Shown: piece after piece, positions 39,513 to 52,779 of the stretch
How the letters are laid out: the number at the start of each line of letters is the position of its first letter
Numbering within the stretch: position 1 is the first letter of the stretch
NCBI RefSeq assembly: GCF_006345805.1
Contig: NC_043006.1
Coordinates: 5,208,001-5,272,000, forward strand
DNA from: Octopus sinensis
Taxonomy: Eukaryota
Reading direction: 5' to 3'
Length of the DNA stretch: 64,000 nt
Made by a program: the position numbers and the translations under genes
The notes under the pieces: generated by a model
Told to the model about the DNA's origin: nothing
The model's input: the letters and a program-made list of their open reading frames with translations, nothing else
Database searches by the model: none

Positions 39513-40710
39513 TAATATATATATATATATATAGATATTACAGCCTCAGGCCGACCAAGGCCTTGTGAGTGGATTTCGTACACAGAAATTGAAAAAGACT
39601 GTCGTATATATGTGTATATTGTGTGTTTGTGTGTGATAACCCCACACGTTCCATTTTGTAACATATGTTGTATGTAAAAAGACTATTATTAACAACGAAA
39701 TAACGGCAGTATTGGCAAATCATTAACCTACAATATTTGGCAATAGGTTTTTATGTTCTGAGTTCAAGTTCCGCATTGGTCAACTTTGCCTTTCATCGTT
39801 TCGGGGTTGATAAAATGATATGTCAAGTACTGGCCTTGATACGTATAATGTATCCTAGATATAAATGATAATTATAATAGAGGGAAGTTATTACATTTTA
39901 CACACAATGCAAAGAGGTAACCATCAAAGTGGTTAAAGTACTCGATAGAATAGCAGCCAAATTTCCCTAAAATACGTCTTAAATAAGACAGGACACATCT
40001 GATAATGTATATCCTAAATGAATATTTTATGTAAATAAGACTGGGTTGACTCAGTTGGAAAGCATTTGATCGTGATAGTTCGATTCATAACAGACGATGG
40101 GCGACATTTTGCTCGTAATATATAAGCTGTATAAATATTTGAAATTGGTGAAACAAAATTTGATGCAATTTAATAACCGAACAATTGTCCTTCAATAAAG
40201 ATTTGACTGACGCTAAATGCCTTACGTAACTTAAATATAGAAATTAATAGCAATTTATCTGGATTTTGGTGATATCGAATTTCTTAAGCAATATATTGAT
40301 AGAGAACACATGTTTATATATTTCCAGTAACATCGACTGGAAGTGATGTCTCAGTTGTTGTATGTTTTGTACGTGTGATTATTTGCCACCCGGTCCTGAC
40401 AACTAGATATATTCATACATACAAGAGTCTTCTCGATATTTTGACACTAACATGATAAAATTCTTACAGAGCGAGTGCTTCAGATCTATAGCAATACATT
40501 TAGTATTGAGATAATAAAAATCTCCGAGGGATCTTATGGATATGCTGTTACATATTTAGTAATGTTGTTACTTGTAGCATATTAAAAGCGAGAAAATTAT
40601 TAGTTCTGAGTAATAGCAATTTATAAGGAGTGTATTTATTTAAGTAAATAATCAACCACACGCACACATATGCACGCACACATATACATGCAATCAATCA
40701 ATCAATCAGC

Positions 40711-40782
<72 letters not shown>

Positions 40783-40801
40783 ATCTCTGTCTATCTATCT
40801 A

Positions 40802-40844
<43 letters not shown>

Positions 40845-40859
40845 CTCTACTCTATTATA

Positions 40860-40908
<49 letters not shown>

Positions 40909-41136
40909 CGATATAGATATATATGTAGGGGAGGAGCATAAATATATACACACTACATACATATATCTCTTCCTATGCGTATGTGCACTTATTAGTATTT
41001 ATCTCCGCGTGTACTTGTGAATGCGTGTGCACATATGTATATATATCTATGTATGTGTATATGCATGTTTGGATGTTTGTTTGTACGTATGTATGTTTGT
41101 ATGTGTGTGTCTACATACATGCATGATACATGTTAC

Positions 41137-41178
<42 letters not shown>

Positions 41179-41232
41179 ATATACTCATATATATATCTAT
41201 AACGGATATATATATATATATAGATATATAGA

Positions 41233-41377
<145 letters not shown>

Positions 41378-41779
41378 ATACTCCTCTTGCATATTTATAC
41401 AGACGTATGTGATCGTTCATTAAAAGACACGCTTATCGATACATACCAACACAAACATATAACAACATATCTATATAAAAAATCACACGTACGCATATGC
41501 ACACATGGCTTCAACAATATACACTTAATAAGTTTATACTGTGCAATACATATTATTTCATTGACACTTGCTAAAACAAATAATGCTAAAGACGATGTAC
41601 GAGACTTGAAATCGTCTTCGAAAGGGTTAAAGTTTGACCTCGGTGGTATTTAAACTCTAATCGATTATGTATGTCATTATTCGGTTTATTTTAAGAGTTC
41701 TTGCCAATACAGAAAGAACCGGTTTCTAACATAGACCCAAGGCTCCTTCATTGGCATTTCAACATGAACATCAGGGTAC

Positions 41780-42540
41780 GTCTGTCTGTCTGTCTGTATG
41801 TATGTATGTATGTATGTATGTATGTATGTATGTATATATATGTATGTACAGATTTATATGTTTTATGTGTGAATTCTCATGCATATAGTTTCATGTATGT
41901 ATGTATATATATATGTGTGTGTGTATATATATACATATATGTATATATATATATGTGTGTGTGTGTATATGTATATATACGTATATATGTATATATACAT
42001 ATATATATACATACATATGTATATATGTATATATATGTATATATAATATATATATATATATATATCTATATATATTATATGTGTGTATGTGTATATATAT
42101 ATATGTGTATGTATATATGTGCGTATGTATGCGTAAATATGTATATGATTATGTATATTAGATAAAATGTGCTTTCAAAATCTATGGTTATATATCTGCT
42201 ATATATATGCAAATGGGTACACACACACACACACACATATGGGCTGTTGCAATCAGAAATTATACATATATATAAACAATCAACACATACATACAGACAC
42301 ACGCATATACATATACATATACATACACACACACACACATATATATATATACACTCACGTACACACAAACCCATATATCTGTGCGTTGTGTGTGTGTGTG
42401 TGTTTACATATAAAGCTCATTATAGTATTATATATTCGTGCGTTCATGTATATGCATGTAAAAAGTATTTATCTATGTATTGTTGAATATATATATATAT
42501 ACACACAGAAGCATATATGTTTATACATGTGCCCAGAGAT

Positions 42541-42583
<43 letters not shown>

Positions 42584-42640
42584 CAGACAGAGAGGAGAGA
42601 TAGAGGGGGAAGAGAGAGAAAGAGAGTGTGTATGAGAGCG
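41780..42640. repeat. Compound (TA)/(TG)/(TACA)/(AG) microsatellite field; similar fields at ~5040-5540, 30590-30870, 33330-33560, 51300-51700, 61610-61840
   Basis: Direct inspection. Confidence 0.93.
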
Positions 42641-42851
42641 AGGGAGACCGTGTGTTTGTGGACATATTTTTCATTCTCTACACATTCAATAGTTGATCAC
42701 TAAGAAAAGAATAGTTTTAAAATGTCATCAATGTGTGGCTCAATTCCCGCGCACCGACTATTATGCATACACACTACATACATACGTACATACATACATA
42801 TATAAAAATATAAATACATACATATATATATGTACATGTATGTATGTAGAC

Positions 42852-42882
<31 letters not shown>

Positions 42883-43015
42883 CGAGCACCCCCACACACA
42901 CATATGCATATATACATATATGCAATATACACACATTTACCAGGAAGTTACAAAAATGACAGTGATTTAAAGATCGACAATTTCGTCCATTAGACATATA
43001 CGTATGTGTGTGTGT

Positions 43016-43254
43016 GGAGGCGCGTGGCTTAGTAGTTAGGGTGTCAGCACCATGATCGTAAGATTGTGGTTTCGATTCCTGGACCGGGCGATGCGTTGTG
43101 TTTTTGAGCAAAGCACTTCATTTCACGTTGCTCCAGTCCACACGGCTGGCAAAAGTGAGTAAAGCTGCGATGGACTGGCGTCCCGTCCAGCTGGGAGGAA
43201 CACATACGCCATAGAAACCATGAGCCTGGCAAGGCTTTAAAAAAGGGCTCATCT

Positions 43255-43259
<5 letters not shown>
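43016..43259 (+). mobile_element. SINE family D
   Basis: tRNA-like head (TGGCTTAGTAGTT; GGTTTCGATTCC), TTGAGCAAAGCACTT, GCGATGGACTGGCGTCCCGTCCAG. Confidence 0.88.
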
Positions 43260-43292
<33 letters not shown>

Positions 43293-43548
43293 TGTGTGTG
43301 TGTGTTGTGTGTGTGTGTGTGTGTGTGCGTGCGTGCGTACATATATAAAAAGGTGCATATAATTGTGAGCGTTTATGTATGTCATATCAAACGTGAACGT
43401 ATGTAAATACTGTTGCATGCCTTCATGTTACGTGCACGAAATAAAACTGTTTCGCATAGCGTAAGTTCTTGTCTACCTGTAATTAACTGGGGCAACTGAT
43501 GATATTACGTCAAAATTTCCGTAGCATAATTGGAATTAAATTCACTCT

Positions 43549-43619
<71 letters not shown>

Positions 43620-44980
43620 GTCTGTCTGTCTGTCTTTAATATTTGTCCGTCAGTCTGCCTATCTATTTATCTATCTATCAATCAATCTATCTATCTACTT
43701 GTGTGTGTGTGTGTGTCAAATACCAAATATTGCACGTATAAATATTTCTACCTTGAATGTTGCAAGCGAATGTATGAAATACACATATCTATGTTAGTGT
43801 AAAATACCAAACAGGAGTTAACGGTGGTGCCCCAGCATGACCGTAGCTTTAAAGCTGAAACAATTTAAAGAATAATAAACTAGCATAATCGAAGCTTACA
43901 CACGAATTAGATATATAGAAATATATATACAAATTCTTAGGTCATATGTTAATTAACTGTTATCTTGTATACAATCTTTGTTAAGTTTATGTGTATACAT
44001 GCATACTTTTCTACACACATAGGCAAAAATATATCTATAGTCCTGCGTCATTTATTGACTGAGTGTATATTATCTTGTATACGATCTTTCTTAGGTGTTT
44101 GTATATGCGTAAGTCTACAACGAAGAATCAACTTATGTGTATATTTTTAGTGTTTCTATTGCTCCTGTAATAATTCCCAATTGAGATTATCAATAATATT
44201 AGCTTCTGAAATTTAAAGAATAGCCATAAAATTTCGAAAAGAATTGGAGGAAAGAAGAGTAGATTGCAAAAATATAAATAGGTAGCGAAGAGAACATCCA
44301 AAACACAGAAAAATATATAGTAATCGACATTTAAAGGAAGAAGCACGATGATGAAATAAAAACTAAAATAACTTGAATTATGTATCCAAAATATATATAT
44401 ATATATTCTTATATTTATAGTATATTTCAAGAACTAAAAAAAAACACTTTATCAGTCCATTAAAAAGTGTCATATTAAATGCATTTTAAAAATCTGTACA
44501 TTAATTTATCATCTGTTTCCAGTTTTGGAAGCTGGCACAGTCACCTCTGCATGGACAGGATGGATACTCACCGTACGGAGCCTTCCAGATAACTTACGAA
44601 ACGTTACAACACTGACGACCGAAGTTAACCACTTTTTTTTGTACCACACCTTTGTCACCTTTTTTGTCTGAATGTCATTTCTTACTGACCTGTGTCTGTA
44701 TGCAATACATTCGGCGCTTGTGGTCACTGGCAACGTTTCGGTTCAGCTGTAGAGACGACTGTCATTGAACTGTCAAATTCTCTCTTTTGTCACCATTTAC
44801 AGGAACAATCACTCGACAGATTAAATAGAATGTCACAGTCAAGCACCTGGAGATTTTGACCATACTGTTTATATCACATGTAATTAAATATACAATGTTT
44901 GCTGTAGTGTAACGTCGATAGACGATCGATTGTTACGCTTCTTCTTTACACAGTTGGATGTGGGAATTTCATTACAAAGT

Positions 44981-45568
44981 TCAGTGTCCTCCCATTGACC
45001 ACGCACCTTCCATCCGCCACACAGAGAAAGCATAACTTAGTCTCTCGTGTGCCATATAGCTACACGATGCCATTTTATTGTCCGTGTCATCACTACGAAG
45101 TACCTGATATAAGAAATCAATATACCGCGCTGCAAGCTTGAGTGTTTGTATTTTGCTCAGTTTATCAGACGGCAGGGTCGGAATGATTTTACGAAGTTGG
45201 GCAAATGCTTCGTTTAATGACTGCGTACGTTGACGTTCACGTACATTTGCTAAAACTCTTTGATTCTGGATATCTTCGACGGACTGAGGATTTTTTCGGC
45301 GTGCCTTTCGAACAGCTGAAGCGTGAGATGAACATGTTACAGCAAGGGAATGGACAGGGGTCAACTTTAACGAGTCCGGAGAACCAACGTCACCACAGAG
45401 ACCATTCTTCGTATAACCACGTTTTCGCTGTATTCGCATTTTTTCTGATTCGTCATCACTGCTGGGTATATCCTGATTAGACGTTTGATGATGGTGAAGA
45501 TGATGGTGATGATGAGTGGACAGAGATAAAGAATCCCCATCCAGTAGAGAGTGATGCTCGGGTATCAT
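44981..45568 (-). CDS. twist: Twist bHLH transcription factor, single coding exon, 195 aa from the first ATG
   Basis: Translation has the Twist b[57 protein letters not shown] and the C-terminal WR motif [16 protein letters not shown]. The ORF track starts at a TTG (45574); the first ATG is 45568-45566 and an in-frame TAG lies 4 codons upstream of the TTG. Confidence 0.97.
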   Translation of the reverse strand: MIPEHHSLLDGDSLSLSTHHHHHLHHHQTSNQDIPSSDDESEKMRIQRKRGYTKNGLCGDVGSPDSLKLTPVHSLAVTCSSHASAVRKARRKNPQSVEDIQNQRVLANVRERQRTQSLNEAFAQLRKIIPTLPSDKLSKIQTLKLAARYIDFLYQVLRSDDTDNKMASCSYMAHERLSYAFSVWRMEGAWSMGGH

Positions 45569-45698
45569 TTTCAATGTCTTCTTCTACTGGTAACGAAATA
45601 TTTTTCCACGGAGAAATAGTTTTCACTCAGGTTTACTGTTTGGTGTATGCTGGTACACGTGAAGATATTTTTCTGCTTTGTAAATAGATGATGCGGTG

Positions 45699-45729
45699 TT
45701 AAAAGATGACCATATTTTTTTTACCACAT
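45699..45729 (-). promoter_or_regulatory. Two short uORFs in the predicted twist 5'UTR
   Basis: ATG TGG TAA (45729-45721) and ATG GTC ATC TTT TAA (45713-45699). These are the only upstream ATGs between the predicted TSS and the main ATG. Confidence 0.45.
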
Positions 45730-45894
45730 TAAAAGCGATAAAATCTATATTTGTGGTTTTGAAACAATCGTTTCAGGTTATTTTTTTATAAAGTCAGCTT
45801 ACACAGTAACAAATGGCAAACTTTATTAAAGGTCTCTTTTTTTTTTTTCACTTGTTTTTATACAGAATGTTTATGTAAAGTTGTGTGTGTGTGT

Positions 45895-45929
45895 AACTGA
45901 GAGCGTAATATTTTGTGGGAGTTTATATA
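45895..45929 (-). promoter_or_regulatory. Candidate twist core promoter: TATA box plus initiator
   Basis: Minus-strand TATATAAA at 45929-45922 and TCAGTT (Inr TCAKTY) at 45900-45895. With +1 at A45898 the TATA starts at -31, the canonical spacing. Confidence 0.65.
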
Positions 45930-47354
45930 AATATATATGAATGAACGATTACTCAGATCGTTAAGTTATAATTTATCATTTTTTTTTTTTAACTTGATAA
46001 GAAATGTTTCGGAAGTTGAACAGAAGCAACCAATTGTTGTCAGAAATATAAAGTTATTGAAGAATATTAAAGGAATTGCGTCTGCGACAATTGCAAAAAT
46101 TAAATGGTAAGATTAGTGAATGAAGTGCCACATCTACAGAATATATCAACATGTACTGTTACTATTCTGTCAAAGATGTTGTTAACATTTGCCAAAGTTC
46201 CAAAGTAGAATGGGAAAATACAAGCGATGTGTCCGTCAATCTCCAGTTTGTTTGAAAACGTAAGTGATGGTTTCTAACAATCCTCTTATTTATAAGTTCC
46301 TCTCTCACTCGCTTCTGTCAGTATGTGGCCAGAATACATAGTCTTGTGAATGTGTTAGTAAATGATAGTCCATAGCTGTTAAAAGCTGCATGATAGTGTG
46401 TTTCGATGTTTTTGTGTGCTACGTAATTCTCTGTCTCGCTCTCTTCCTCTCTCTCTTCCCCCTTCACAGACACTCTGAGATAACTATGCGTAAAGTTCTT
46501 TCTATCACTTTCCTCCTGTACAGAGTCTTATAATGTCTTAGATACCGTCAATCAAAACAAGACTGTAGAATCGTTCGGTACCTCATCTGTAACAGCAGCC
46601 AATGGCGATAAAGAACTATATTCTAAACGACCAATGATAGCCGAAAGAAACCTTTTAATGGGACAGTAAAGAAGCCTGCTCGTCGGAATATATATACGAA
46701 AAGACATAGAAACAACGATGGTATCTTTACCCTTCTCCCTCCTGTCTGAAGACTCCCTTTACCGTTAATGTTCATCTTCCTGCCTACCAAACCCCACTCC
46801 AAATTCAAGAACTACTACGAAGGCTTCTTGAAGTGACACCCGAGCTGCCGGCACCCGAGCGATGTTTTAGCAGTCAACACTACTACCAGCACCACTGTCT
46901 GAATTAGTGTAAACGGGTAGCAGTTTCGAACACATTCGTTCATACGCCGATGATTTATATAGTAGTGTCAAACAGTTTCATTCACTATAACACATTAGCA
47001 AGCTGGAGTGAAGTGGAAATTTAACTGGGATTTCATTTTTACTGTATTCTTACCAAAAGTTGTAATAATTTCACACATTTCTTACTACTGTTTTGGAATT
47101 ATTTTCTTCTACTTTCCACTTCATTCAACTGTATATTACCGATGGAGCTTACTACATCACTTCTTCCCATAAATTAGCTCGAGATGAAGTATTAATTGTA
47201 TAATTACATAACATCACAAGATGCAATTTACAAAAGATAGCATTTCTTATTAGTCCGCATACATTATCGGGAGATATAAAGAACCTGATGTTATTCCACA
47301 GAAAACAATCCGTGCAACATTAACTTTACAGATACAGTAATGATAATGATAATA

Positions 47355-47508
47355 TTTTTTATTGCCTACAGGGGGCTAAACATAGAGGGGACAAACAAGG
47401 ACAGACAAACGGATTAAGTCGATTACATCGACCCCAGTGCGTAACTGGTACTTAATTTATCGACCCCGAAAGGATGAAAGGCAAAGTCGACCACGGCGGA
47501 ATTTGAAT
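47355..47508 (-). mobile_element. SINE family A, 5'-truncated
   Basis: Core and linker present, head missing. Confidence 0.85.
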
Positions 47509-48107
47509 TCATGATAATAATAATAATAATGATAATAATAATAATAATTTATTGCTTAAAGCAAGACACAAAGTTAATTTTTTGTGTGATATGTTGGATA
47601 GGAAGATCTGAAATAATTTCTACTAATATTTCTTGGAACAACTCACGCATTTGAGATTGTAAATATTGTTTTGTTCCGGTCTATGAACAAAAATCCTAAA
47701 TATTAGGCAAGTTGAATGATTGTTGTAGGGTTTATTCTTTTACTAAGAATGTTTTGCAGTATAAGTGAAGTGAGACGACGTCTGGTGATCGAAACGACAT
47801 AACGAGTTCGTATTGGTAACATTAAAATAATTCATATATTCTGATACCCACGGGTGATATACAAAATAATAAAGTATGTGACTTGTTCTATAAGTATTTT
47901 TACTGAAGCACACGCTCTAATAAAATTTAATTGATACGATGAAGTGAGATTCCTACAAAGAAGGTGGTGCCTTGGTAGTGATGGCTAAAAGATGTAAAGA
48001 AAAACTAATGAACATATCTTTACGGTAACCTTTTGCATACAACTTCAAGCTGGAGGTTAACAAAATTACACTTTAAATTTGATTGCTATATTCCTTGTTA
48101 TTGGTAT

Positions 48108-48243
48108 CTTTTATTCTTTACTTGTTCCAGTCATTAGACTGTGGCCACACTGGGGCACCGTCTCGAAGAGTTTTTAGTCGAACAAATCAACATCAGTTGT
48201 CAAGAGCATGGTGGGGACAAACACGGACACAGAAACACACACA

Positions 48244-48317
<74 letters not shown>

Positions 48318-48491
48318 CACACACAAACACACAAACACACACACACACATATACATACGCCGGGCTTCTATCAGTTTCCATCTATCAAAACGACTCTCAA
48401 GGCTTTCGTTGGCCCAAGGCTATAGTAGAAGACACTTGCACAAAATGCTACGCTATGGGACTGAACGCGGAACCATGTGGTTGGAAAGTAA
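48108..48491 (-). mobile_element. SINE family B, internally deleted, long (AC)n
   Basis: Both halves recognisable around ~125 bp of (AC)n. Confidence 0.8.
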
Positions 48492-48948
48492 ACAAAAAAA
48501 GAGAAACAAATCAACAAAAAACAAAGTTTGTTTCTTGTAATTTGTCACCAGTAATCTAATTAACAGCATAATTATGTAATATCATTCGTTGTACCAGAGT
48601 CTTTCGCAACGGAATACCTCACAGTATATGAATAGTAGTATGTTGTTAATGATTTAAAATTTCTCCACAAACGTATGCAATCATTGAGTGCAACATCGTC
48701 GATTTACACGATCCCATTTTATGACTGGTATATTCTTGTATCGAGAGGAAAGGGATGTGAACCAAAGATGACTTCTGGAAGATTTGAACTCAGATCGCAA
48801 AACGACCTAATCAAATAACTTCGATTTTTTGGATTATTTGGTGTGTAACTGATTGAGCCAACTTCCGGCCACTAAACTACATCGGATATTGAAAATATAA
48901 CGTATGTCTGTCACACTTAACAGTGGTAGCGAAAATCAGCATTACTAG

Positions 48949-49032
<84 letters not shown>

Positions 49033-49033
49033 T

Positions 49034-49249
49034 GATCCTTTCTACTATAGGCACAAGGCATGAAATTTAGGAGAGGGGGATTGTCGGTTACATTGACCCC
49101 AGTACTCAACTGGTAATTATTTTATCGACCCTGAGAGGATGGAAGGCAAAGTCGATCTTGGCGGAATTTGAACTCAGAACGTAAAGACAGACAAAATGTC
49201 TCTAAGCATTTTGCCTGGCGTACTAACGATTCTGCCAGTTCGCAGCCTT
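49034..49249 (-). mobile_element. SINE family A (alternative tail) next to a long (TAA)n tract
   Basis: Diverged match; tail TTGTGCCTATAGTAGAAAGGATC runs into (ATT)n at 48952-49030. Confidence 0.8.
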
Positions 49250-49541
49250 AAAATGACACTAATGATTCACACACGCACGCACACATACATACATACATAC
49301 ATACATACATACATACATACATACATACACACATACACACATACATACATACATACACACATACATACATACATACATACATACATACATACATACATGC
49401 ATACATACATACATACACACATACATACATACGCATGTATGCATGTATATAATATATATATATGCACACACACACACACATATATATGTATATATGTATA
49501 TATATAGATGTGCATAGGGATATATACTATATCCGTGTATG

Positions 49542-49578
<37 letters not shown>

Positions 49579-49588
49579 GCGTGTATAT

Positions 49589-49806
49589 ATTCTTTTATTC
49601 TTTTACTTTTTTCACTCGAAGACGGTGGCCATGCTGGAGCACCGCCTTTAGACGAACAAATGGACCCTAGGACTTATTCGTTGTAAGCCTACTACTTATT
49701 CTATAGTACTCTTATGACGAACCGCTAAGTTACGGGGACATAAACGCACCAACATCGGTTGTCAAGCGACGGCGGTGGAGGGGGGGGACAAACACAGAAC
49801 ACAAAC

Positions 49807-49838
<32 letters not shown>

Positions 49839-49996
49839 TATATATATTTACGACAGGCTTCTTTCAGTTTCTGTCTACCAAATCCACTCACAAGGCTTTG
49901 GTCGGCCCGAGGCTATAGTAGAAGACACTTGCCTAAGGTACTACAAAGTGGGACTGAACCCAAAATCATATGGTTTGGAAGGAAGCTTCTTACCAG
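49589..49996 (-). mobile_element. SINE family B
   Basis: Reverse-complement match; head-to-head with the next copy. Confidence 0.88.
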
Positions 49997-50040
49997 ACGA
50001 CAACACACACACACCACACACACACACATACACATATATA

Positions 50041-50472
50041 GGCACAGGAATGACTGTGAGGTAAATAGCTTCCTTATAAAGCACATGGTTCTGGGTTCAG
50101 TCCCACTGCGTGACACCTTGGGCTATTGTCTTCTACTATAGCCTCGGGCAGACTAAAGACATGTAAGTGGATTTGGTAAACGGAAACTGAAAGAAGCCCG
50201 TCGTATATATATATATGTATATATATATATGTGTGTGTGTGTGTATGTGTGTGTATGTGTGTGTATGTGTGCCTATACGTTTGTGTGTCTCTGTCCCCCA
50301 ACATCGCTTGACAACCGATGGTGTGTTTACGTCCCCGGTTCGGCATAAAAGACCGATAGAATAAGTACTAGGCTTATAAAAAATAAGTTCTGTAGTCAAT
50401 TTGTTCGACTAAAGGCGGTGCTCCAGCATGGCCGCAGTCAAATGACTGAAACAAATAAAGGAGTAAAAGAAT
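50041..50472 (+). mobile_element. SINE family B, full length
   Basis: Match to family B. Confidence 0.88.
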
Positions 50473-50618
50473 ATATGTGTATGTATACACACATATCTTC
50501 GTCATACACTCATACACTCATTCACACACGCACACACACACACACGCACAAGAATACACACACAGACACACACACACACACACACACACACACAACACAC
50601 ACACACACACACAACATA

Positions 50619-50759
50619 CTTCTTTCAGTTTCCGTCCACCAGATCCACTCACGAGGGTTTGGTATCCCCGACTCTAGAGTAGAAGGCACTCTCTGAAGGT
50701 GGGACTGAAACCGGAGCTATGTAGTTGGGAATTAAGGTTCTAACCACACGGTCACGCCT
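50619..50759 (-). mobile_element. SINE family B, 5' fragment
   Basis: Partial match. Other B fragments lie near 5089-5140, 8595-8738, 20490-20555, 20835-20960, 39541-39620, 43810-43870 and 55528-55640. Confidence 0.75.
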
Positions 50760-51080
50760 GCATATATATATATATATATATATAGCGTCCAATAATACTA
50801 TATTTGTTCCACGTCCTCGCGTTGTTGTGTTTTCTCTTTGTGTTTTCATGTTTGGATTAACTTTAATATATATATATATATAATATATATATATATAATA
50901 ATAATAATAAATATTAGGGAATAAATCCAAATTTACAGGGAAAAAAATCAGATTTAGGATTAAATCAAATTTATAGTAAATATTATAAAATATTATTAGA
51001 GACAAAACCACTATTTTGCAAAACAAACAAGGAAAGACTTAATCAATACATAAAATTTTAATAAATAGTCAAAAAAACCG

Positions 51081-51122
51081 CACTACAATCGTTTCTTGTC
51101 TTGATCGACAATCTTCAGGTGG
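51081..51122 (-). ncRNA. Type I hammerhead ribozyme motif (family G, left arm)
   Basis: Mirror copy of 51171-51213; stem I reduced to 3 bp by a GGC/GCG difference. Confidence 0.65.
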
Positions 51123-51170
51123 ACTTCCAATAAGTCAGTTTCAAATTATGGAAACTGACTTATTGGAAGT

Positions 51171-51213
51171 CCACCTGAAGATTGTCGATCAAGACAAGAA
51201 ACGATTGTAGTGG
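51171..51213 (+). ncRNA. Type I hammerhead ribozyme motif (family G, right arm)
   Basis: CCAC CUGAAGA UUGUC GAUCAA GACAA GAAAC GAUU GUA GUGG: stem I CCAC/GUGG, stem II UUGUC/GACAA, GUA cleavage triplet. Confidence 0.7.
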
Positions 51214-51299
51214 CGTTTTTTTTGACTATTTATTAAAATTTTATGTATTGATTAAGTCTTTCCTTGTTTGTTTGCAAAATAGTGGTTTTGTCTCTAATA

Positions 51300-51351
<52 letters not shown>

Positions 51352-51403
51352 ATGAGATTAGCTCGTATAATTAGCTCGTATATATATATATATATATGAT
51401 ATA

Positions 51404-51437
<34 letters not shown>

Positions 51438-51484
51438 ATTATTATATGTAGAAAAATACAAACTGGGACAAGAACGCAAAACAC

Positions 51485-51563
<79 letters not shown>

Positions 51564-51593
51564 GTATATATACATTGATATATAATTCTTTCG

Positions 51594-51660
<67 letters not shown>

Positions 51661-51961
51661 ATGTGTGCGTGTGTGTATGTGTGTGTGTATCTATGTATAC
51701 AAAGACTCACTTCATCACTGCAATAAATAATTACATTCTACATCTGTATTCAATACAATTTGTACAAAGTGCTTGTACACAAGTTGTGTTGCGTGTATGT
51801 GTTTATATGTGTGTATATATATTCGTGTTTGTGTGTGCGTGTGCGCGTGCATGTCTGTCTGTGGAACCATTAAACCCAACACGCTTCTTTTCTCTCACCG
51901 TTTTTCTCTCTCTATCTGTCTCTGTCTCTTTCTCCCCCTCTCTCTTTTCTCTATCTATGTT

Positions 51962-52025
<64 letters not shown>

Positions 52026-52269
52026 TCTCTCCATTTTTTATTTATTCCTTACCGTTGAAGTCCGTAGGCTCGAAATGTCAAAGGCCTTTCCATTTTCCTC
52101 GAGCGTCAAACTAATACACCTTCTTTGTCCTTCCCTCACTTGTCTCTGTCTTTCGTTTTTTGTATATTTGAACCATAGGTGGATAGATTAATAGATATAT
52201 TTTTAGCCTGGTGTGTCAACTGAGCTTATGAAGAATTTTGCTCGGATAGATAATCCCTCATTTTTAGCC

Positions 52270-52305
<36 letters not shown>

Positions 52306-52779
52306 ATGCATACATATACACCTATATATGTATATAAATGTAGCTACACAGGTTTATATGTATGTAGTTATGTATGTATATCTGCATATCTGTCTTTTTC
52401 TGAGTCCTTGTGTGTGTGTGTGTGTGTGTGTTTGTATCAGAAAACGGAAATTCTTTCTTCGTTGCCAGCGAGAATCGAACCTTGAGTCTGTTATAACGGA
52501 AGGTTTTAAGCAACGGAATAACAAAAATGCAGAAAACGAGGAAAATATGATCAAAACAAAACAGATGTAAATAGAAGACACGTTTCATGAACTCTTGATC
52601 TTCAGGTCATCGTAATTTCAGTGGCTGATGCTAATAGCTTGAAAGAAAAATATTATAATCTAGTGAGCAGTGGAAACAAAGAGGATAGTTTTGTGTATGA
52701 TAGCAGACAAAAAGCAAAAAAAATGTACGAAAAGTTTTGCGTCTTTCGATTATGAGCCATACTGGACGACATAGAGGTC

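Larger units (their letters stand above)
50900..51309. mobile_element. Family G fold-back element (159-bp inverted arms plus ~85-bp unpaired extension)
   Basis: Arms 50984-51142 and 51151-51309, 8-nt loop, only two small differences seen; flanked by (TA)n. Confidence 0.9.

Noticed and set aside
45205-45480. 91-aa plus-strand ORF antisense to twist
   Set aside because: Shadow frame of the real CDS with no independent support.
45569-45574. TTG start used by the ORF track for twist
   Set aside because: Eukaryotic gene; an in-frame ATG lies two codons downstream.
46210-47060. GGGAAAATAC and GGGATTTCAT as Dorsal/NF-kB-like sites upstream of twist
   Set aside because: Imperfect short matches expected by chance; Dorsal control of twist is established for insects, not shown here.
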